Shown in pieces: positions 18,768 to 27,196 of a stretch of DNA of 64,000 nucleotides. This stretch comes from an uncultured Chitinophagaceae bacterium (lineage in GTDB: Bacteria > Bacteroidota > Ignavibacteria > UBA10030 > UBA8401). Numbering within the stretch: the first letter of the stretch is position 1; the number at the start of each line of letters is the position of its first letter. Both the position numbers and the translations under genes were made by a program. The notes under the pieces were generated by a model. That model did not search any database, had not been told where the DNA came from, and worked only from the letters and a program-made list of their open reading frames with translations. The DNA is taken from contig CAYLMV010000004.1 of assembly GCA_964384415.1 (NCBI GenBank), forward strand, positions 6,103-70,102, written 5' to 3'.

Positions 18768-19585
18768 ATCGCCGCGCCTCAGCTCTTGCACTTAACGCAG
18801 GATTATTTTTGCTGGCAATTGTCACCGCGGTGCCTGTTGCATGGATGCTTTCGGCTTCGTTCATGGCGCCTGGCGAGGCGAGCACGACGCCGATCCATTT
18901 CTTTCCGTTGCACCCAACCCTCGAACATTACAAAGCATTGACCGAACGCCTCCACGTCGGACGCTACTTCATGAATAGTCTTATCATAGCCTCGGCAGTA
19001 ACGCTGATCTCCACTCTCATCAATTCAATGGCGGGGTTTGCGTTCGCAAAATATCAGTTTCCCGGCCGTAACAAACTGTTTAGGTTTCTGCTCAGCGGCA
19101 TGATCGTTCCGGCTCAGGTGACAATGCTCCCGCTCTTCCTGATGATGAAGACGATGGGCTTTGTCAACACGTACGCGGGCGTGATACTGCCCGGAATGGC
19201 CAGCATTTTCGGTATTTTTCTCATTCGCCAATTTGCCGGTTCAATTCCCGACAGTCTCATCGAAGCTGCGCGCATCGACGGCGCGAGTGAGTTCAAGGTC
19301 TATCGGTCTATAGTTCTTCCGCTGTGCCGGCCGATTCTGTACACTCTCGCGCTCTTCACATTCATGGGAACATGGAACGACTTCATGTGGCCTCTTATTA
19401 TCATGAGTGACAATGCAAACTACACGCTGCCTGTTGCCATCGCAAATCTGAAGGGGGAACATTTACTGGACCTCGAATTGATGATGGCCGGGTCGGTCAT
19501 CACCGTGCTTCCCGTGTTGATTCTCTTCCTTTCATTCCAGCGTCATTACATTCGTGGAATCATGGTTGGCGGCGTGAAAGAGTAA
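18764..19585 (+). CDS. ABC sugar transporter permease (MalG/UgpE-like)
   Basis: EAA loop EAARIDGASEFKVYRSIVLPLCRP. Its start overlaps the previous stop (ATGA). I re-picked the start to the ATG at 18764. Confidence 0.85.
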   Translation: MNRRASALALNAGLFLLAIVTAVPVAWMLSASFMAPGEASTTPIHFFPLHPTLEHYKALTERLHVGRYFMNSLIIASAVTLISTLINSMAGFAFAKYQFPGRNKLFRFLLSGMIVPAQVTMLPLFLMMKTMGFVNTYAGVILPGMASIFGIFLIRQFAGSIPDSLIEAARIDGASEFKVYRSIVLPLCRPILYTLALFTFMGTWNDFMWPLIIMSDNANYTLPVAIANLKGEHLLDLELMMAGSVITVLPVLILFLSFQRHYIRGIMVGGVKE

Positions 19586-19610
19586 TTCCGTTCATCCGAT
19601 GGAGTGTCCG

Positions 19611-22600
19611 ATGAAAATTCTCCCCCTTTCGCTCTTCTTCGCGGCCGCTCTCGTGCGCACTCAGGCTCCCGTGCAGCTCGATGACTGCGACAAGAGCGAC
19701 AATTGGAAAACACTCCAGTCTGCAGGCGTCGAAGTAGCACGCGGCGGCGGCGACGGAATTCACGGCGCCGCTCTTCGATTTGACGTTTCGTTCACCAAGG
19801 GATCCGGATACGGAGGGGTCTATCGCAATTTCGACGTACCGCTTCCGGACAATTATGAAATCACATTTTGGATGCGCGCCACTGTTCCGGTGAACAATTT
19901 CGAATTCAAAGTCAGCAACGACTCGTCCGGTCAGGACATCTGGTGGGTAAACAATAAGAACTACTCATATTCAAGCGAATGGAAGAGAATCGTCGTCAAG
20001 AAGCGCCATCTCGCTTTTGCATGGGGGCCTCATCCTGCACCGAAACCCGAGATGCTCAGGCGTCTGGAGCTGGTTGTAACGGCTGGAACCGGGGGGAGCG
20101 GCAGCGTGTGGATCGACGACGTCCAACTTGTCCCCCTTCCGCCGCCGCCTTCAAAAATTCCAATCCCTGCAGTCGCGGCTTCTTCAGTGGACAGGAAATC
20201 TGATGCGCCTTCGAATGTATTGCCCGGCAACAAAGGATCGTGGAGAAGCAGGACGGCAGGGGAGGAGTGGATTGAAGTTGATTATAAATACAGGCGCGAG
20301 ATCGGCGGAGTCCATCTCACCTGGGATCCCGGCATCAGCGGCCTTTCCTATGATATCTTGGGCTCTATCGATGGAAAGACATACGACACTCTCCATTCAG
20401 TTCGCGAAGGAAAGGGAGGAGCTGTCCTGATTTTCACTCCGGAATCTGAGGTTCGGCAATTGCGCATAGCAATGCATGCCGATCGGTCACGCAAACCGTT
20501 CCGGCTGGAAGAAATCTCCCTCGTTCCGAGTGAATCCCTTTCGACAGCGAACCAGTTCATCGAACATCTCGCCGCCGATGCACCGCGAGGATGGTATCCG
20601 CGATATTTTCGCAACGAAGCTTCGTACTGGACGATCGTGGGCGTTGCCTCCGATCCAAAGGAATCTCTGTTCAATGAAGATGGTTCCTTTGAAGTTGACA
20701 AGCAGCAATTCTCTGTCGAGCCTGTCATCGCATTGGAGGCAGGCAACCAACTGCTCACATGGGCTAACGCACGAACGGAACAGACGTTGGAAAAAGGTTA
20801 TCTTCCGATACCGAGCGTGATTCGCAGGTATGACGGCATGACGCTTTCTGTGACCCTGCTGGCTGCGGGGGAGGTCGATCGTTCAGAGCTTCTTGCCCGT
20901 TACGTGTTGAAGAACACCTCGCCGCAGAAGTCTCGAGGAATATTCTATTTGGCGATGCGGCCCTTCCAGGTTAATCCGACATACCAATGGCTGAATTTTG
21001 AAGGGGGATACGCGAAGACGGAGTCGATCACAATAGATGGAAACCGTGCCGTTGTTGGATCGAAAAGTGTCACTGTCTCCGGGCATCCGGCAAATGTAGG
21101 TGCAACGGCGATTGATGGGGGAGAAATCATCGAGCATATCGCGCAGGGACAACTTCCGCGCGCGGCGAAAATCTCCGATCCGTACGGAATGGCTTCTGGG
21201 GCCTTCAGTTTTCCGTTCGACCTCGGCCCCGGCGATTCTTCTGTGGTCATTGCTGCGGTTCCGTTTACGCCTTCAGCCGATACATGGCAAAACTCGCCGC
21301 CTACCCCGGAGGAATTTGAGCGTGCGAAAGCGGAGGTCTGCTCAGGCTGGGAGCAGAGACTGAATGCCGTTCGATTCAATCTCCCCCCGGAAGGAGAACG
21401 GTACGCCGATATTATCCGTTCAAACCTCGCCTATGTTTTGATCAATAAAGACGGACCGGGTTTTCAGCCAGGTTCCCGCTCATACGAGCGGTCGTGGATC
21501 CGCGACGGATCCATGACATCGGCCGCGCTCCTCAAGCTCGGCCTTCGCTCTGAAGTGAAGAATTTTATCGATTGGTATTCATCCTACCAGTATGAAAACG
21601 GAATGGTTCCCTGTGTGGTTGATCAGAGAGGACCCGACCCGGTTCCCGAGAACGACAGCCACGGCGAGCTCATCTTTGCGTGCATGGAGTATTTTCGTTT
21701 CACCGCGGATACGGCATTTCTCCGGGGACATTGGAAGCACATCGCCGCAGCGGCGGATTATATCCAGCGCCTCAGGGCAGAACAGATGACGCCGGATTTC
21801 CGCGAAGGCGACGACGGAAAGCGATCGTGCTATGGCCTCGTCACCGAATCCATCAGTCACGAAGGGTACTCGTCGAAACCAATGCATTCCTACTGGGACG
21901 ATTTTTTCGCGCTGAAAGGACTTAAGGATGCCGCAGATGCGGCGAAGATTCTTCACGAAGATCGGGCGGCATACTTCTATGACAGCGTTGCGCATGCATT
22001 TCGCGATGACTTCTACCGATCGGTCTCGCTCGTGATGGCTGCAAAGAAGATCGATTATGTGCCTGGCTGCGCAGAGCTCGGGGATTTCGATGCAACGTCG
22101 ACATCGATCGCGCTGTTTCCCTGCGCCGAGTTCGACCAGATCCCTCAACCTGCCTTCAGCCGGACGTTTGACAAATACTACGAATGGTGCAGTCGACGCA
22201 TGGCGGGGAAATTGGAGTGGGATGCCTTCACGCCCTATGAGATACGCAATGTTGGCACGTTTGTCTATCTGGGGCAAAAAGACCGCGCCCACACATTGCT
22301 CGAGTGGTTTCTCAAGTATCAGCGCCCGACCGGATGGAATCAGTGGGCGGAAGTTGTCTGGAAGGATGAGCGCCTGCCCCGGTTCATCGGCGACATGCCT
22401 CATACGTGGGTGGGATCCGATTACATCAATGCCATCCGGGCGATGTTTGTGTATGAGAACGATAAATCTCTCGTCGTCGGCGCTGGATTGAAGGCTTCCT
22501 GGGTTCTTCACGGATTGTCGGTCGAGAATCTTCCGGTGCATTCGGGAACGCTTTCATATTCCATCCAGCGATCCGGTCTCTCCGGAATCACCGTGCACCT

Positions 22601-22754
22601 GAACGGATCGGTCAAGGGAATGGATATTCTTCTTCCGACCGGGCTATTGTCAAGGCCTTTGATATCTGCCAAAGTCGATGGAGTCGTCACGCAACCGGCG
22701 GGAAAATTTGTGCCGGTTTCTCATCTTCCGGCAACTGTGGAACTGGAATATTGA
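19611..22754 (+). CDS. Secreted multidomain protein: N-terminal CBM-like beta-sandwich, discoidin (F5/8 type C) domain, C-terminal (alpha/alpha)6-barrel glycoside-hydrolase-like domain; family unassigned
   Basis: Signal peptide MKILPLSLFFAAALVRTQAP (ATG at 19611). The segment from GYGGVYRNFDVPLPDNYEITFWMR to SVWIDDVQLVPLP is CBM-like. WRSRTAGEEWIEVDYKYRREIGGVHLTWD is discoidin-like. SYERSWIRDGSMTSAALLKLG, ENDSHGELIFA and ESISHEGYSSKPMHSYWDDFFALKG recall GH15-like (alpha/alpha)6 enzymes. Confidence 0.55.
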   Translation: MKILPLSLFFAAALVRTQAPVQLDDCDKSDNWKTLQSAGVEVARGGGDGIHGAALRFDVSFTKGSGYGGVYRNFDVPLPDNYEITFWMRATVPVNNFEFKVSNDSSGQDIWWVNNKNYSYSSEWKRIVVKKRHLAFAWGPHPAPKPEMLRRLELVVTAGTGGSGSVWIDDVQLVPLPPPPSKIPIPAVAASSVDRKSDAPSNVLPGNKGSWRSRTAGEEWIEVDYKYRREIGGVHLTWDPGISGLSYDILGSIDGKTYDTLHSVREGKGGAVLIFTPESEVRQLRIAMHADRSRKPFRLEEISLVPSESLSTANQFIEHLAADAPRGWYPRYFRNEASYWTIVGVASDPKESLFNEDGSFEVDKQQFSVEPVIALEAGNQLLTWANARTEQTLEKGYLPIPSVIRRYDGMTLSVTLLAAGEVDRSELLARYVLKNTSPQKSRGIFYLAMRPFQVNPTYQWLNFEGGYAKTESITIDGNRAVVGSKSVTVSGHPANVGATAIDGGEIIEHIAQGQLPRAAKISDPYGMASGAFSFPFDLGPGDSSVVIAAVPFTPSADTWQNSPPTPEEFERAKAEVCSGWEQRLNAVRFNLPPEGERYADIIRSNLAYVLINKDGPGFQPGSRSYERSWIRDGSMTSAALLKLGLRSEVKNFIDWYSSYQYENGMVPCVVDQRGPDPVPENDSHGELIFACMEYFRFTADTAFLRGHWKHIAAAADYIQRLRAEQMTPDFREGDDGKRSCYGLVTESISHEGYSSKPMHSYWDDFFALKGLKDAADAAKILHEDRAAYFYDSVAHAFRDDFYRSVSLVMAAKKIDYVPGCAELGDFDATSTSIALFPCAEFDQIPQPAFSRTFDKYYEWCSRRMAGKLEWDAFTPYEIRNVGTFVYLGQKDRAHTLLEWFLKYQRPTGWNQWAEVVWKDERLPRFIGDMPHTWVGSDYINAIRAMFVYENDKSLVVGAGLKASWVLHGLSVENLPVHSGTLSYSIQRSGLSGITVHLNGSVKGMDILLPTGLLSRPLISAKVDGVVTQPAGKFVPVSHLPATVELEY

Positions 22755-22778
22755 ATGGAGACAAAAATGGAGTTTCCG

Positions 22779-22807
22779 AAAGAGAGGCAAATTCCTCTCT
22801 TTTGTTT
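22779..22807 (+). terminator. Rho-independent terminator closing the glycan locus
   Basis: The stem AAAGAGAGG (22779-22787) pairs with CCTCTCTTT (22794-22802) across the loop CAAATT, followed by TGTTT. It lies 25 nt after the stop of the 1,047-aa gene. Confidence 0.6.
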
Positions 22808-22840
22808 CCGTATCGCCCCCACCTATGCTGACAGACTGAA

Positions 22841-24682
22841 ATGTTGAGAATTCTCTTATTCCCACTCTTCCTTGCTTACGGCTCTCCTCAGGAACAGAAT
22901 GCCGCAGATAACCTGATTCATGATACTCTTGCCGTTGTTGACCACTCGCCGATCACCGCTCTCGACTTGTATGAACGCCTTCAGATGATGCCGTTCGAAT
23001 CGAAATTGAGGGATCGGGATTTCGAGTCTGTGAAACGGAAAGCCGTGGAGTCGCTCGTCGGCGAGCGCTTGCTGTCGGACTCTGCGCCCGCACTCCCCGA
23101 TTCGGACAAATGGCGGCTCGAAACAATGGGGGCTGTGCTCCGGAAAATGTTCACGCGCGATGCGATGTACAGAAAAGAAATACACGATCGTGCGACGGTG
23201 TCTCCCCGTGAAGTGAGACAAAATATGTTCAAGTACGGCCTGCGCCGACAGTTGTTGGCCGTTACCGCAAGCTCTGCTGAATCCGCAAAGAAATTTTCTG
23301 CGCTGTGGCGCCGTCGCAGGGCTCTGGGCGAATCAAATGCATCGATCATCTCCGCTGCGGGGTTCCAGCCCGACACAATCTATATCACACTTGGCTCAGT
23401 TGATACTTCGCTTGAAGAAGCTGCATTCGATCTCAAAGACACACTCGATATCTCAGGACCTGTTCAATCGAAGCTCTTCGGCCCTCTCGTGATTACACTG
23501 CTCCATGACGAACCGAGCGCCGACGCGCTAAAAAAATCGATGCCGCAGAGAGAAAGGGCGGTGCGGGATCTTCTGAGAGACCGGAAAGAACAACTGCTGA
23601 GCCAGGCGTTTGTCAATCCTTTGTTCCGCGGACAGCGCATGGAGGCAGACAGCGGTCTCTTCCGTCTTCTTTCCCGAAGGCTGTGGGAAACCATGAAGGA
23701 GGACACGAGTGCGCGAAGTGTTCCCGGCGGGTATCGGTACTTGCCTGAAGACGCATACCGGCTGCTGAACGAATTTCATACCGTGAGGGATACGCCTGTC
23801 GTTCGCGGGAGCTTTGGAGTTTTGCGGCTTGGCGAATTCCTTGAGAGCTTGCTCCACTACGATTTCGTCATTCCGTCGCTCAAGCCGAGATCGTTCGCCG
23901 TAGCTTTTTTTGATATTCTTCGAGGGATGACTGAGGCGGAGATTCTCGCGCAAGAGGGATTACGGAGGGGGTATCAATACAACGCAGATGTGCAGCGAGA
24001 AGTGTCGATCTGGAGTGATTACTGGCGGTCGCGCTCTGCAGAGTTCAATGTTGTAGATACCGTTACAATTCAGCCGTGGGAATCATCCTGGTCTATGTGG
24101 CGGAATAATTCGGCCGCCGTGGAATCCACATGCTTCCTGAGCGTGCAGGAAATCCTGCGATCCGATTCAGCCAGCGCCGCCACGATCGCGGCGATGCTTC
24201 ACAACGGAGCGGAGATGGATTCCCTGGCACGCGTCTATTCGATCCGGACCGAATGGCGTATGAACGGGGGCAAATCCGGGTGGTTTAGCTGCCGGGATCG
24301 GTGGGAGCTGACCGGGCACATCATGATGATGAGTGAGGGAGAGTTGAAGGGGCCGATGAAGCTTTCGGAGGGATACAGCGTTGTGCGTCTTCTCGGCAGG
24401 AAGTTTGTAGGGGATGGTGCCGATTCTCTTCTCCGTCTGGAAGGACGCCGCGTACGAGTGGAGCATCAGCAGGCATCACTCAACAGGTATCTTGCTCAAA
24501 CGGCGCTGGCCCATGACGTAAGGATCTTTTACGACAGAATTTCGCATGCTGATGTCCAAAATGTGGATATGTTTACCCGGCGGCTGATTGGCTTCGGTGG
24601 AAAAATCAATGCCGCCCCGCTTCTAATCCCTCAATGGGAATGGGTGGGAGAGTGGAAGCAGATGCTGAGTAAGGTACCGTGA
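22841..24682 (+). CDS. Periplasmic peptidyl-prolyl isomerase, SurA/parvulin (PpiC) type
   Basis: Signal-like N-terminus MLRILLFPLFLAYGSPQ. The N-terminal segment is SurA-like and helical. The C-terminal parvulin-like block is GGKSGWFSCRDRWELTGHIMMMSEGELKGPMKLSEGYSVVRLLGRK. The assignment rests on domain pattern only. Confidence 0.5.
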   Translation: MLRILLFPLFLAYGSPQEQNAADNLIHDTLAVVDHSPITALDLYERLQMMPFESKLRDRDFESVKRKAVESLVGERLLSDSAPALPDSDKWRLETMGAVLRKMFTRDAMYRKEIHDRATVSPREVRQNMFKYGLRRQLLAVTASSAESAKKFSALWRRRRALGESNASIISAAGFQPDTIYITLGSVDTSLEEAAFDLKDTLDISGPVQSKLFGPLVITLLHDEPSADALKKSMPQRERAVRDLLRDRKEQLLSQAFVNPLFRGQRMEADSGLFRLLSRRLWETMKEDTSARSVPGGYRYLPEDAYRLLNEFHTVRDTPVVRGSFGVLRLGEFLESLLHYDFVIPSLKPRSFAVAFFDILRGMTEAEILAQEGLRRGYQYNADVQREVSIWSDYWRSRSAEFNVVDTVTIQPWESSWSMWRNNSAAVESTCFLSVQEILRSDSASAATIAAMLHNGAEMDSLARVYSIRTEWRMNGGKSGWFSCRDRWELTGHIMMMSEGELKGPMKLSEGYSVVRLLGRKFVGDGADSLLRLEGRRVRVEHQQASLNRYLAQTALAHDVRIFYDRISHADVQNVDMFTRRLIGFGGKINAAPLLIPQWEWVGEWKQMLSKVP

Positions 24683-24882
24683 TCCCCGCCGCCAAAAGGC
24701 AAACACTTCTCGAAATTGTTGACAAATATGAACGCCGCCGTTTCACCAATGAGGGCATGGAACAGAACGCTGCCATTATTGAACGTGGTGAGCCAGGTCC
24801 GGAACAATTGGGGGAGGCGATTTAGCGAAGAAACTTAAGTAGGGGTTTGTCGATGGACTGAGGACATTTTCCTCTCGCCAAC

Positions 24883-24909
24883 GCGAAGCCCATCGTGGCC
24901 GGGCTTCGC
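24883..24909. terminator. GC-rich hairpin between convergent genes (possible bidirectional terminator)
   Basis: GCGAAGCCC (24883-24891) pairs with GGGCTTCGC (24901-24909) across a 9-nt loop. On the + strand it is followed by GTTTCTGG...GATTTTTGG. On the - strand it lies 43 nt after the stop of the 142-aa gene but has no T-tract there. Confidence 0.35.
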
Positions 24910-24951
24910 GTTTCTGGCGCTAGGATTTTTGGCCTTTCATTTTGCGGTTGT

Positions 24952-25380
24952 TCATTCATGAGATGCGAGGAACTTCTGCTCTAACTGCTCCGAGATCTGC
25001 TTGAAAATGTATCCATGATTGCTCGACGCGCTTTCCGGAGTCAAATCGATCGTTGAGCTGTTGCTCAGATACATGTAGGCGAGCTGAGCCTTGTAGCTGA
25101 TGGAGGCATCTTGATTATCCTCGGCTACCCGCTGTAAGAGCGAAGCAAGTTGAGCGTAATCGAGTTGCGGAAACCTGTTCTTGAAGATCACCACATTGTA
25201 GATTGTCGATTCGACGATGCCCGGATATTCCTCCAGGTGAAGCGAGTACTCGAAGTTTTTCAGAGCGAGCGCCTGATACGTTCCGCTCTTTTCCGGTTTG
25301 TCCGGATGAGCCGTTGCTCCCGATGCGATGATCAAGGCCATGACGGCCGTTGCGAAAATCCGCTTGGTTGTACTTCCCAT
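24952..25380 (-). CDS. Small secreted hypothetical protein (142 aa, helical)
   Basis: ATG start and signal peptide MGSTTKRIFATAVMALIIASGATA. I recognised no family motif. It lies next to the sigma-54 two-component system. Confidence 0.5.
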   Translation of the reverse strand: MGSTTKRIFATAVMALIIASGATAHPDKPEKSGTYQALALKNFEYSLHLEEYPGIVESTIYNVVIFKNRFPQLDYAQLASLLQRVAEDNQDASISYKAQLAYMYLSNSSTIDLTPESASSNHGYIFKQISEQLEQKFLASHE

Positions 25381-25495
25381 AAATATTTCCTCCTTAAAGT
25401 TTATTGAATGTTGGCTGCATCCCTTAGTCTATCAAACCCAATGCCAAACTAAGAAGCTGTTTTGAATGTTTCTGGCGGATTCCGGAGATCGCGAC

Positions 25496-25511
25496 GCAGA
25501 GAGGAGTGCCA
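25496..25511 (-). promoter_or_regulatory. Near-consensus sigma-54 (-24/-12) element with a 1-nt over-long spacer
   Basis: The minus strand reads TGGCAC-TCCTC-TCTGC. The GG and GC dinucleotides are separated by 11 nt, whereas the canonical spacing is 10. It lies about 115 nt upstream of the 142-aa gene and next to an NtrC-type activator gene. Confidence 0.2.
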
Positions 25512-25768
25512 CGCTAGCGCATGTTCATCTGAATTGTCGCTCAGATCTTGTTGATGTACAATCGCTTGAGAGAGAACCGGGTTGCTGTGGCTTTATGCAG
25601 ATTTGTGGCAGGTCTTCAGCGTGAAGCAAAATGAAGCGAGTGTTACAGTCCGGTTAAGGGATGATGGCGAAGGGCTGGACTAAAATTAAAACTACAGTCA
25701 TTTCGAGGAATACCTTTCAACGCGGGGCGATGACGCAATGACCTTCACTGGCGTTGATGATGCGGCTT

Positions 25769-27196
25769 CTACGTTTCCTCCTCAGGATCTTTCTGCGGTC
25801 TCCGGAGCCTGTTGTTCAGCGCCCGGCGGGAAATCCCGAGCAGCTCCGCGGCGATGGTCTGGTTCCCTTCAGCACGAAGGAGGGCTTCTGCGATGAGAGC
25901 TTCTTCCGCTTCTCCCAGGGTCGGGAACCGATTTGGAAAAGAGAGAAGCGCGTCGGATGATTGAAGGGGATGAGGATGTTCATTCATCGCCGTCCGTCCG
26001 ATTTTCTTCCGTATCGAATCGAGCGAAAGGACGCCCGACTGATGAACGCTGATCGCGTCGAAAATGATTCCCTCAAGCTCACGGATGTTGCCGGGAAACT
26101 CGTAGTTCGCGAGGAGGGTGTAGAGTTCTTTCGGCGCCGTCGGTCTCTTCTTACCGAGTTTCGCCGCGGCCTTCGTGATGAAATGATCGATGAGGAAGGG
26201 AAGGTCGGATTTTCTCTCGCGCAACGGCGGGATTGCGACATGATGCGGCTTCAATCGATAATACAAATCCTGGCGGAATGAATCGCCTTTCTGCATCGTG
26301 GCCACATCCCGATGCGTTGCAACGATGATTCTCGCATCCGACAGCTTTGCCATGTCGGATCCGAGAGGATAGTAACTGCCATCCTGCAAGAGCCGCAGCA
26401 GTTTCACCTGGGACTCGATGCTGAGATCGCCTATCTCATCAAGAAAAAGTGTGCCCTGGTCGGCCTGTTCAATCAATCCTTTTCTTTCTCCTTCGGCTCC
26501 GGTGAATGCGCCCTTCTTGTGTCCGAACAGCGTGTCCGAGAAGAAATCGTCGTCGAGCCCCGCGACATTCACGGTGACCATTTCGCCGGTCCGACCGCTG
26601 GCGGAATGAATTGCCCGCGCGAAGAGTTCTTTTCCGGTTCCCGTTTCGCCGGTGATGAGAACGGGGAGAATGGTTTTCGCAATCGCCTCGATATACCGGA
26701 AAATCGACTGCATGGAGGAACTGTGAGTAACAATCTCAAGGAATGATTCGGGATGCTCGAGAGTTTCGCGGAAGAGGGATTGGCGCAGCAGTTCGTTCTC
26801 GCTCCGTACCTCGGCAATCTCAAGTCCTCGTTTGACGGTCGTGACAAGTTTCGTGTCGTTGACCGGCTTCACGATGTAGTCGAAAGCTCCTTCCTTGATG
26901 CAGAGGACCGCGCTGTCGACGTCGTTGATCGCGGTAATCATCACCACCGGTATTTGGGGGAAGTACTGCACGATCTGTCGCAGCAGCTCGATTCCTGAAA
27001 TATGCTGCATGTTGACGTCGAGGGCTACCAGCGAATACGGTTTCATCTGGAGGAGCGATATCACTTTTCGGCTGTCGGCGCATGTCTCGGCGTTGTTGAT
27101 TCCGTTCGATGAAAGTGTGAGCTCGGCACTCAGAAGAAAGTGCTCTTCATCATCCACGAGCAGGACGGGGTTCGTCGGGAATATTTTGGAGCTCAT
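25769..27196 (-). CDS. Sigma-54-dependent response regulator (NtrC family: receiver + AAA+ + Fis-type HTH)
   Basis: I re-picked the start to the ATG at 27196 (MSSKIFPTNPVLLVDDEEH). It has Walker A GETGTGKE, the sigma-54 contact loop GAFTGA, and the C-terminal HTH QTIAAELLGISRRALNNRLRR. Its start overlaps the kinase stop by 4 bp (ATGA). Confidence 0.9.
   Translation of the reverse strand: MSSKIFPTNPVLLVDDEEHFLLSAELTLSSNGINNAETCADSRKVISLLQMKPYSLVALDVNMQHISGIELLRQIVQYFPQIPVVMITAINDVDSAVLCIKEGAFDYIVKPVNDTKLVTTVKRGLEIAEVRSENELLRQSLFRETLEHPESFLEIVTHSSSMQSIFRYIEAIAKTILPVLITGETGTGKELFARAIHSASGRTGEMVTVNVAGLDDDFFSDTLFGHKKGAFTGAEGERKGLIEQADQGTLFLDEIGDLSIESQVKLLRLLQDGSYYPLGSDMAKLSDARIIVATHRDVATMQKGDSFRQDLYYRLKPHHVAIPPLRERKSDLPFLIDHFITKAAAKLGKKRPTAPKELYTLLANYEFPGNIRELEGIIFDAISVHQSGVLSLDSIRKKIGRTAMNEHPHPLQSSDALLSFPNRFPTLGEAEEALIAEALLRAEGNQTIAAELLGISRRALNNRLRRPQKDPEEET

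Noticed and set aside
24760-24810. AGCCAGGTCCGGAACAATTGGGG, which resembles the SRP (4.5S) RNA domain IV core CAGGUCCGGAAGGAAGCAGC
   Set aside because: The similarity stops after GGTCCGGAA. The conserved GGAAGCAGCC half and the flanking helix are absent.
25606-25620. TGGCAG-GTCTT-CAGC on the plus strand, with the correct sigma-54 GG-N10-GC spacing
   Set aside because: It points into the 3' end of the convergent regulator gene, with no plus-strand gene downstream. Its -12 region (CAGCG) is poor. It is probably a chance match.
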